From positions 1,088,001 through 1,152,000 of the forward strand of contig OZ251518.1 in NCBI GenBank assembly GCA_965242965.1: DNA of 64,000 bases. The letters are read 5' to 3'. Below the pieces are notes generated by a model. The model had not been told where the DNA came from. It searched no databases and saw only the letters and a list, made by a program, of their open reading frames with translations. The stretch is from Candidatus Poribacteria bacterium. Its GTDB lineage: Bacteria > Poribacteria > WGA-4E > WGA-3G. Both the position numbers and the translations under genes were made by a program. Positions 56,221 through 64,000 of this stretch are shown piece by piece. Each line of letters starts with the position of its first letter. The stretch's first letter is position 1.

Positions 56221-58143
56221 ATGCCCCAAAAATCATCCAACGTCATTACCAAAAAAGCGATAATTGTTGGCCTCATCCTCGTCATTGTCAATGCGTATTG
56301 GGTGGGGATAGCCAGCGAACTCTGGTACGCAGTCTACACGCTGGTGTCGCCGTTCTCCAACGCTGTTTTTACGTTAGTGGTGCTGCTCGCGATCAACGTG
56401 CTGCTGCGGAAAATCTCGCCGAACATCGCCTTTACCGCCGCCGAATTGCTCCTCATCTACATCATGGTGACGATGGTCTCCACGATTTCCGGCCATGCAA
56501 TGATGGCAATCCTGATGGGCACCCTCGCGCATCCTTTCTGGTTCGCTAGTGCCGAAAATGAGTGGGCACAACTCTTCCTGCACCATATCCCCGCGTGGCT
56601 CACTGTGCATGACTACCAGTGGTTAGCTGGCTATTACGAGGGGGAATCAAGCATTTATTGGGCAGAGCACCTCCGCATTTGGGTTAGACCGGCTCTCACC
56701 TGGTCTGGGTTTATTTTCCTGCTTTACGGTTCACTGCTTTGTCTGGGGTTGCTCCTCCGTAAGCAGTGGATGGAGCGCGAGAAGCTGAGTTTCCCGTTAA
56801 CGCAGCTGCCGTTGCAGATGACGACGAATCGGAACTTCTTCCGTTCCCGCGCACTCTGGTTGGGATTCGGCGCGGCTGCGCTCCTCCGCGTCATGGCGGG
56901 CTTGCACGATATATTTCCTGTTATCCCCGCGCCGCCGCCAAACTATCGCTTGGACCAGCATTTCACTGAACGTCCGTGGAACGCCATCGGCTATGCCTCC
57001 ATGTCGTTTAACCTCGCGATTGTCGGGTTAACCTATTTCATGCCGCTGGATCTCGCGTTTTCAACGTGGTTCTTCTTCTGGCTCACCCGTGCGGAACGCG
57101 TCATTGCAAGTGCCGTCGGCGTGACGAACATCAGCGTGCTACATTTCAATGACAGAGCCTCTGGTGCGTGGGTGGGCATCGCTGTGCTAACGCTTTGGAT
57201 GGGCCGGCGGCACTTCGCGCGCTTCTTCCGACACATCTTCGGCAGAGAACGCGGTGACGATACGCGCGAACCTTTCACCTATCGCACGACAGCGGTATTG
57301 ACTGTTGTCAGTGTCGGGCTCGTGTTTGCGTTTTGCTACGCCGCCGGGATGTCGTTGTGGGCGATTGGCGTTTTCTACGCGCTGTTCATCGCGTTCGCGC
57401 TGGCAATAGGACGTGTGCGCGCTGAACTCGGCCCGCCTTACCACGAAGTCATCGGTATCAACCCGCGCCAGATGATGGTGAGTATATTCGGCACACGCCA
57501 CTTAGGCGCGGCGAACCTCACCGTGATGACGTTCCTCTACGCCTTTAACCGATGCAACCGTTCGCATCCAATGCCGAATCAGATAGAATCGCTGCGCATT
57601 GGCGAACGCGCAAGCATACCGGGGAAAACCTTGCTGTTGGGAATGGCACTTGCCATCGGCGTTGGCGCGCTCGCGACATTCTGGACTTACTTGCAAGTCG
57701 CGTATCACTACGGCGTGCTGGCGCGATGCCAAGGGGTTGTCGGACGATTCGGATGGGAGAGTTTCAACCCACTCCAGAGCTGGCTCCAGCATCCAAAAGA
57801 ACCAGACCTCGGGGCGGTGGCGTTTATGAGCGGCGGCCTCGCATTTGTCTTCCTCCTCCATTTTCTGCGCACCCGATTGCTGTGGTGGACACTCCATCCC
57901 TCCGGCTATGTGCTTTCTGGCGCATCATGGGGCGGCCTCATCTACTTCTGGTTCCCGGTGATGGTGAGCTGGCTGATCAAGTTCCTCATCCTCCGTTTCT
58001 CCGGCTGGCATACCTATCGCAAAGCGATTCCGTTTTTCCTCGGACTTGTTTTGGGCGACTTCATTCCGCGAAGTATACTGAGCCTCATCAGTTTCGCGCT
58101 GAATCTTTACATGCCTTCCTCCGGCGCGGGACATACCTTATGA
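56221..58143 (+). CDS. Polytopic membrane protein (DUF6785/DUF6784-like putative peptide transporter)
   Basis: ELLLIY, QWMEREKLSFPL, RVRAELG, WTLHPSGY, PFFLGLVLGDF. Confidence 0.7.
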   Translation: MPQKSSNVITKKAIIVGLILVIVNAYWVGIASELWYAVYTLVSPFSNAVFTLVVLLAINVLLRKISPNIAFTAAELLLIYIMVTMVSTISGHAMMAILMGTLAHPFWFASAENEWAQLFLHHIPAWLTVHDYQWLAGYYEGESSIYWAEHLRIWVRPALTWSGFIFLLYGSLLCLGLLLRKQWMEREKLSFPLTQLPLQMTTNRNFFRSRALWLGFGAAALLRVMAGLHDIFPVIPAPPPNYRLDQHFTERPWNAIGYASMSFNLAIVGLTYFMPLDLAFSTWFFFWLTRAERVIASAVGVTNISVLHFNDRASGAWVGIAVLTLWMGRRHFARFFRHIFGRERGDDTREPFTYRTTAVLTVVSVGLVFAFCYAAGMSLWAIGVFYALFIAFALAIGRVRAELGPPYHEVIGINPRQMMVSIFGTRHLGAANLTVMTFLYAFNRCNRSHPMPNQIESLRIGERASIPGKTLLLGMALAIGVGALATFWTYLQVAYHYGVLARCQGVVGRFGWESFNPLQSWLQHPKEPDLGAVAFMSGGLAFVFLLHFLRTRLLWWTLHPSGYVLSGASWGGLIYFWFPVMVSWLIKFLILRFSGWHTYRKAIPFFLGLVLGDFIPRSILSLISFALNLYMPSSGAGHTL

Positions 58144-59180
58144 CACCCCTACTAACTGTCAACGGCATGACCAAACGGTTCACAGTAGACGGAACGCCGG
58201 TTGTCAACGCCGTGAGTTTTGCAGTGTATCCCGGCGAAATCTTCGCGCTGTTGGGGCCGAGCGGCTGCGGCAAAACCACAACCTTGCGCCTCATCGCGGG
58301 TTTTGAAAAGGCAGATGCCGGCACAATTTCTATGGAGAAACGGGTCCTTGAGAATCGCGAAAACCACGTCCCACCCGAAGCCCGCGGCATCGGGTTTGTC
58401 TTTCAGGACTTCGCCTTGTTCCCACACAAAAACGTGCTTGACAACGTCGCCTTCGGACTCAGAAAGGTGCAGAAGAAAACACGGCACGACAGAGCCATGG
58501 AAGTTCTGGAAATGGTGGGATTGACGGCACTCCACGAACGGATGCCGCATCACCTCTCCGGCGGCGAACAGCAACGCGTCGCGTTGGCGCGCTCCATTAT
58601 CGCGCGCCCACAACTGCTACTGTTAGATGAACCGTTCTCAAACCTTGACCCGGGGTTGCGGCAAACTACACGCGAAGAGGTGCGCGCACTCCTAAAAGCA
58701 GAAGGCATCAGTGTGGTGCTGGTTACGCACAGTCAAGAGGAAGCGTTAAGTTTCGCCGAACGGCTAGCCGTGATGAAGGAGGGAACTGTCGTCCAAATCG
58801 GCACGCCTGAAGAGGTGTATCAGCAACCGAAAACGGCGTATGTCGCCGATTTCCTGGGGCAAACCAACTTTATCCGAGCACCTGTGAAAGATGGAATCGC
58901 CGAAACTCCGTTCGGCAGTGTCCCAATAAGCGCGCTTTGTAAGGGGACGACTCCCTCAGTGCTCCTCGCCATTCGTCCCGAATGCATCACAATGGCGGCT
59001 GATTGTGAAGGGAAAGGCGGCCGCATTATCGGCCGCGCCTTTAAAGGACACGCTTTCCTCTATCAGGTTGAGGTGGACGGAAAGCCATACTTCGTCCAAA
59101 CCCACACCGATTGTCCGTTTCAGGTTGGCGATAGCGTGGTGTTAAAAGCGGCCTCGGCAGTGCCGGTCGCGGCGGATTAA
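58140..59180 (+). CDS. ABC transporter ATP-binding subunit (FbpC/PotA-like)
   Basis: GPSGCGKTT, LSGGEQQRVALAR, LLLDEP, TOBE tail; ATGA overlap with the upstream gene. Confidence 0.93.
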   Translation: MTPLLTVNGMTKRFTVDGTPVVNAVSFAVYPGEIFALLGPSGCGKTTTLRLIAGFEKADAGTISMEKRVLENRENHVPPEARGIGFVFQDFALFPHKNVLDNVAFGLRKVQKKTRHDRAMEVLEMVGLTALHERMPHHLSGGEQQRVALARSIIARPQLLLLDEPFSNLDPGLRQTTREEVRALLKAEGISVVLVTHSQEEALSFAERLAVMKEGTVVQIGTPEEVYQQPKTAYVADFLGQTNFIRAPVKDGIAETPFGSVPISALCKGTTPSVLLAIRPECITMAADCEGKGGRIIGRAFKGHAFLYQVEVDGKPYFVQTHTDCPFQVGDSVVLKAASAVPVAAD

Positions 59181-59195
59181 CCGCGGGACAGAAGC

Positions 59196-59611
59196 ACTGC
59201 ATCGAGACCGGGAGATCTCTCCTACGGGGACAGAAGCACTGCATCGAGACCGGGAGGTCTCTCCTACGGGGACATCGCTCGCATCGAGACCGGGAGGTCT
59301 CTCCTACCGGCGTGCATCGGGCCCAACTCTGTAGTTCGGGAGCGCCCGCTCCCGAACGGGTCAGGATCAGGCGATCCTGACCTACAGAGGTAAGGAGGTC
59401 TGATAGCAAAACGCATGGCGAGGGCCAGTCCCTCGCCCTACGTGAAGAGGCGGCGTTTTTCTCATCGTAGCGCGGGGGCCTGTCCCCCGCGACGTTGGAC
59501 GCATGGCGAGGGACAGGTTTTCCCACCGCCCTACGTGAAGAGGAGGCGTTTTTTTTCATCGTAGCGCGGGGGACAGGCCCCCGCGACGTTGAGCGAGTTA
59601 TGAACCCCCTC
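59196..59611. repeat. Mosaic REP array flanked by 21-bp direct repeats
   Basis: GATTAACCGCGGGACAGAAGC at 59175-59195 and 59612-59632; right end TTATGAACCCCCTC. Confidence 0.85.
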
Positions 59612-59613
59612 GA

Positions 59614-61734
59614 TTAACCGCGGGACAGAAGCCCCCGAATCTCATGAATTCCCTGAATCATCCGCTGAAACGCTTCCGCCAATAACGCAAGTTGCGCGCG
59701 GACATCGGCATCATCACCTGCCGCCAATGCATCGTGAACGCCGGGGAAAATCACCGCCGCATAACCTGTATTCAGCCCCGGGGCGTAGATGAGATGTTTA
59801 AACCACGGCCGCAAAGGTAACCCTGCCTCACTCGTCAAACGCCGCTCCAATTGATACAACCGCCGGTTTATCGCAGCGACGTTCGCGACGTTCCCGGATG
59901 TCAGGACAATCTCAACCTCTTGATGCAGTGCCATCGCCGCTGCCTCCCATTCTATGAGGAGTGCCTCTAACCTCTCAATTTCGGCGGCTATTTTGGTTTC
60001 TGAACCGGAATTTTGCAGAAGTTTCAACGGTGTCCCGAGGTCTGCCGCATAAGTTGCGTAATCAAACGGCAAGATATCGGCGTTTGCCAGTTGCAACGCG
60101 AGCAGTCCCCAAATTTTCGCCATCGCCGCCTGATACTGAAAGGTTGCATCGCCGAAGTGTGTCATCCAATAAAAGTTGTCCTGCATGGCGTGATAAACAC
60201 CGTAGGGGCCATCAAACCCCATGCTCAGCGATGGAATGCCGACGTGCCCGATAAATGGCGAATGGTCCGAACCGCTACCGAGGTTGCCGACTTGCGGGAC
60301 TTCTTTCCCTTGCCGCGTCTTCCAACTCTCATGAACCGATTTGAGGGTGCCCGGGTCGATGACATTTTGTGTTACATCGCGAACCAACTGCCGCAGCGAG
60401 GGAACAGCACTGACATACAGGTTACCCCCCGTGGCGGCGATGTCAACGTTGAGATAAGCGACAGCCTTCTCCTTCAACGTCGCTTTCAGTTCTTCCACCC
60501 ATTCAGTTGAGCCGAGGATGCCGAATTCCTCCGCATCCCACGCGGCGAAGACGATTGTCCGCTTCGGACGCATCCCCTCCTTTGCGAGTTCTCCCATGCA
60601 TCGCGCGACTTCTAATAGCGAAGTGGTGCCACTGCCCGGGTCTGCCGCACCGTAGACCCAGGCATCGTGGTGATTGCCTAAAATCACCCACTCGTCTGGG
60701 AATACCGTGCCTTCTAAAGTGGCGATGACGTTGTAAATCGGACGAATGCTGTGCTCGCAACGCACCTTGAGGTGAACCTTCGCCGGCCCGGGGCCGACGT
60801 GATACGCGAACGGCAAGCCGCCTTGCCATGCCGATGGCACGTTCGGTCCTGCGAGTGCTTGCAGCAACGGTTTGGCATCGCGATACGCCAGCGGCACGAC
60901 AGGGATTTGCGGCAGGTCCGTCGCTTCAGCGATAGTCAGTCGCTCAGCGTCTTGCGTCGCCGCCCAGCCGGGAGTCAGCGGATCGCTGGCGTGTTGGAAG
61001 ATATATTTTACCGTGCCACGCTGAATTGCATCGGCGGAACGCCAGGGGCCGCGGGGATAGACATCGCCGCGCATGTAGCCATCATCCGCCGGATCGGAGT
61101 AGAGGATTAAGCCTACCGCGCCGTTGTCGCCTGCCACTTTCGCCTTGACACCTCGATAACTGCCGCCATACCGAGCGATGCATATTTTACCCGCAACCGA
61201 GATGCCTTGTTCCTCAAGCAGTTGGTAATCCTTCGGCAATCCTTTGTTAACGTAGACGAGTTCCGCTGTCACATCCCCATCGGGTGAGTAGGCGTTGTAA
61301 CCCGGCACAATCTCGGTTTCATAAGAGTCTTTGTCCCACTCCCAACTCTCCTCTTTTCCGATGGCTTGGTAGTGTGTCGGGGAGACCATCTCCACTTTCA
61401 CCTCAAGCGGGTGCGGCAGGTAGACGTGGTATTCGTAAAGTTGCACCTGCAAGCCGTAACTCTCAAATTCGGCTTGCAGATATTCCGCTACCTTTCGGCT
61501 ATTCTCGGTGCCGGCAAGGTGCGGTTCTTCGGTGAGGTGCCGTAATTTCTGGCGGCACATCTCCGGTGAAACGCGTGCTTGAAACGCGGCTTCAGCGTCT
61601 CTTTGGGTAACGGCATTTTCCGCCGTGAACCCGCGGATCCCTGAGGCATCGCGTGTGAAAAGCATGATAAGTCCAAGGAGGCAAATGAGACACGCGCCCC
61701 GTTGCCAACGTTGGAATGTTGTTATCGTTATAAT
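59614..61734 (-). CDS. M28B glutamate carboxypeptidase II-like peptidase (PA + TfR dimerisation domains); start uncertain
   Basis: PHLAGT, GNHHDAW, GAADPGSG, WDAEEFG, NVD, GSGSDH, YH; in-frame signal peptide lies upstream of ATG 61665. Confidence 0.88.
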   Translation of the reverse strand: MITITTFQRWQRGACLICLLGLIMLFTRDASGIRGFTAENAVTQRDAEAAFQARVSPEMCRQKLRHLTEEPHLAGTENSRKVAEYLQAEFESYGLQVQLYEYHVYLPHPLEVKVEMVSPTHYQAIGKEESWEWDKDSYETEIVPGYNAYSPDGDVTAELVYVNKGLPKDYQLLEEQGISVAGKICIARYGGSYRGVKAKVAGDNGAVGLILYSDPADDGYMRGDVYPRGPWRSADAIQRGTVKYIFQHASDPLTPGWAATQDAERLTIAEATDLPQIPVVPLAYRDAKPLLQALAGPNVPSAWQGGLPFAYHVGPGPAKVHLKVRCEHSIRPIYNVIATLEGTVFPDEWVILGNHHDAWVYGAADPGSGTTSLLEVARCMGELAKEGMRPKRTIVFAAWDAEEFGILGSTEWVEELKATLKEKAVAYLNVDIAATGGNLYVSAVPSLRQLVRDVTQNVIDPGTLKSVHESWKTRQGKEVPQVGNLGSGSDHSPFIGHVGIPSLSMGFDGPYGVYHAMQDNFYWMTHFGDATFQYQAAMAKIWGLLALQLANADILPFDYATYAADLGTPLKLLQNSGSETKIAAEIERLEALLIEWEAAAMALHQEVEIVLTSGNVANVAAINRRLYQLERRLTSEAGLPLRPWFKHLIYAPGLNTGYAAVIFPGVHDALAAGDDADVRAQLALLAEAFQRMIQGIHEIRGLLSRG

Positions 61735-61831
61735 TGTTTTTCACCTCTTTCTAGGTTTTGCCTTCTTTCTAGGTTTTGGATAGATAATAGCATATTTCCT
61801 GCACGTTTTCAACGCCAAAACGGATAAAAAT

Positions 61832-61860
61832 TTGACATCCTCCTTTTTTTGTGGTAAAAT
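61832..61860 (+). promoter_or_regulatory. sigma70 promoter
   Basis: TTGACA-17-TAAAAT with TG extension. Confidence 0.7.
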
Positions 61861-61885
61861 ATATTTTTAATGAGAAGAGAGATGT

Positions 61886-62115
61886 CACCGTAGGGCGAGG
61901 GCCTGTCCCGCGCCATCATAAAATTTTGCCGTTTTCACCGTAGGGCGAGGGCCTGTCCCTCGCCATGCCCAGAGACCGTAGTTCGGGAGCGCCTGCTCCC
62001 GAAACGGCAAGAGCGGGCGCTCTTGCCCTACAGAGTGGGGCGGCCAGGTCACCGTAGGGCGAGGGCCTGTCCCTCGCCATGCAACGATCGCGGGGGACAG
62101 GCCCCCGCGCTACGG
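61886..62115. repeat. Mosaic REP array in the 5' leader of the response regulator
   Basis: CACCGTAGGGCGAGGGCCTGTCCC x3 and other modules. Confidence 0.85.
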
Positions 62116-62162
62116 CCGATACTGGGCCCCCTGGCGCGCAGGTCCTAACCAATAAGAATGCC

Positions 62163-62850
62163 ATGCAAGCAAAAATTTTAATCGTCGAAGACGAACGCGA
62201 TATTGTCGAACTCCTACGCTATAACCTGCAGGCAGCAGGATTCAAAACCGAGTATGTCCGCAACGGTGCTGACGCACTCCGACGCGCCGTTGAAAAACCA
62301 CCAGACCTCATCCTGTTGGATCTCATGCTCCCGGAGGTAGACGGGCTCATCGTCTGTAGTTTATTGAAAAGCGACCCGAGGACTAAACATTCCTATTGTC
62401 ATGCTCACCGCCAAGATTGAAGAAGAGGATAGAGTCAAGGGGCTTGAGCTCGGCGCAGATGACTATATCCCCAAACCGTTTAGTCCCAGAGAGGTAGTCC
62501 TGCGAGTCGCCGCTGTCCTCCGCCGTATCAAAATCGGACAGGAATCCGAAGAAACGCAGAAAATCCAGACGCAGGGGCTCACCATCGATCTGGACAAACA
62601 TCAAGTGCTGGCAGCCGACAGGACGATAGAGCTCACTGCCACGGAGTTCAAACTCATCACCCTGTTTGCACGCTCACCGGGCCGCGTCTTCACACGCGAT
62701 ATCCTCATGGAGGTTATCTGGGGACAGGATTACTACGGCATCGACCGGACGGTGGATACGCATGTCAGTCGCCTCCGCCGAAAACTTGGTGACCTTGGTA
62801 AGCACATTGAGACTGTCCACGGAGTCGGGTATCGGTTTCGCGAGGTTTAG
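62163..62850 (+). pseudogene. Frameshifted OmpR/PhoB-family response regulator
   Basis: ILIVEDE, LLDLMLP in one frame; IPIVMLTAK, GADDY, wHTH RTVDTHVSRLR in the next; break at ~62388. Confidence 0.8.
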
Positions 62851-62851
62851 T

Positions 62852-63030
62852 GAGGGGGTTTCATAAATCGTTCAACGTCGCGGGGGACAGGCCCCCGCGC
62901 TACGATAAAAACGGCCCCCTCACCGTAGGGCGTGGGCCCTCGCATGCCACACGCGCATGCGAGCGGGTTCCCCTCGCCAGTGTTCGCATAATCCAACGCT
63001 CGCGGGGGACAGGCCCCCGCGCTACGGGAA
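62852..63030. repeat. Mosaic REP array starting with TIR
   Basis: GAGGGGGTTTCATAAAT directly after the stop codon. Confidence 0.85.
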
Positions 63031-63268
63031 AATCGGCGATGGAAAACGATAAACGGAGAAAATTGGATGCCAAACAACGAAAACACACTCACCGTCGCAT
63101 TTCTTAACGTTCTACGTCCGATGCGGCACTCTTGGAACGTCGCGGCGCACCCTATTCGGCCGTTCCACGAAAATTCAGATTGATGGTGGGAAAAATCGCG
63201 GCGCGCACGGTAACCCGGTAGGCGCGGGGACAAACCGCGCCAAAAACAGTGATAAAAGGAAAAACGCT

Positions 63269-63802
63269 ATGCTTCTTGACTGGATTTCAGGCACTCCCCT
63301 TGGGAACGAGACGTTCCTCGAAGTTTGGGAGTGGGTTCATATGTCATATAATTGCTTCATCATCTTCAACATTTTTCGGTTTACGTTTCACGTCATGCGC
63401 GGGGCAACGGAGGAATTCATTGAGCGGAGTCGTCTCATGCGATTCGTCATCCGTAGGTGGCGTCCGATCTTCGCCGTGCATCTGATCTGCTACGCGCTCA
63501 GCGGTGCGTATAACAATTGGTTTCTTATCGCAATCTTCATCGTCGGGTTAGTGTTGGTGACAATCAACCTTATCCTGCAATTCAGTCTTGAACGGCTGGA
63601 GCGACAAATCGCAGAGTATGACAGAATGGCGGAGGAGCGGAGGCGGAAGAAAGCGGCACCAGAGGAAGACGCGGAAACCGACGATGCCGATAGCGATGGA
63701 AACGGCGATGGAAACGGGGACAAAAACGCGGACAGAGACGCGGACAAAGACACGGACAGAAACGCGGACAGAAACGCGGACGCGGATAAGAGAGGGGATT
63801 AG
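63269..63802 (+). CDS. Hypothetical membrane protein with acidic 4-aa-repeat tail
   Basis: AAGGA RBS, 3 hydrophobic segments, 12-bp repeats ~63695-63784 (DGNG/DKNA/DRDA). Confidence 0.6.
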   Translation: MLLDWISGTPLGNETFLEVWEWVHMSYNCFIIFNIFRFTFHVMRGATEEFIERSRLMRFVIRRWRPIFAVHLICYALSGAYNNWFLIAIFIVGLVLVTINLILQFSLERLERQIAEYDRMAEERRRKKAAPEEDAETDDADSDGNGDGNGDKNADRDADKDTDRNADRNADADKRGD

Positions 63803-63824
63803 CCCTCGCGTCATGGACTGAACA

Positions 63825-64000
63825 ATGGCAACGCATATCAAGACGCGAGCCGTGTCGGTTGCGCTATTTCTTTCACTGTTATTCCAGCTGTCCGGCTTCA
63901 GCCAATTCGCCGATTTGCCGCGCGATGAGAAGACGGTAGACATCGGGTTTGCCGGTGATGGTGCTTCGCAGACGTTCACCGTGACAGCCGTGGTGCCAGT
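63825..64000 (+). CDS. Secreted protein, N-terminal part (runs off window)
   Basis: MATHIKTRAVSVALFLSLLFQLSGFSQ... open to the edge. Confidence 0.55.
   Translation, partial: MATHIKTRAVSVALFLSLLFQLSGFSQFADLPRDEKTVDIGFAGDGASQTFTVTAVVP

Noticed and set aside
57552-58139. N-terminal extension of the ABC ATPase ORF
   Set aside because: Overlaps the upstream membrane gene; the real start is at the ATGA overlap (58140).

Overview
64 kb of bacterial chromosome, most likely Candidatus Poribacteria (sponge symbiont). This is inferred from LamG/DUF1080/PhyH/lamin-tail proteins, an NYPNPFNPETWIPY-type C-terminal domain and a recurrent KLAxxWxxLK tail. Housekeeping genes (eukaryote-type nadE, mutS2-dnaG-rpoD, nadK-recN, aroE-zapA, lpxL, ctpA, three tRNAs) are mixed with a type IIG/ISP-like R-M enzyme, an amidohydrolase-pair/Rieske oxygenase-like cluster and many secreted proteins. 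Two features stand out. (1) Six unrelated signal-peptide proteins share a ~17-aa C-terminal motif, a candidate protein-sorting signal; in one protein it sits where a T9SS CTD would be expected. (2) Many intergenic spaces hold mosaic arrays of several GTAG-type REP hairpin families, often bounded by a GGGTGTTTCATAA terminal inverted repeat. In three loci that end begins exactly 5 nt after a consensus -10 box, one array has a 21-bp flanking duplication, and repeat modules occur in frame inside at least four proteins. No transposase, RAYT or CRISPR-cas gene is in the window. All calls were made by eye, with no database searches.
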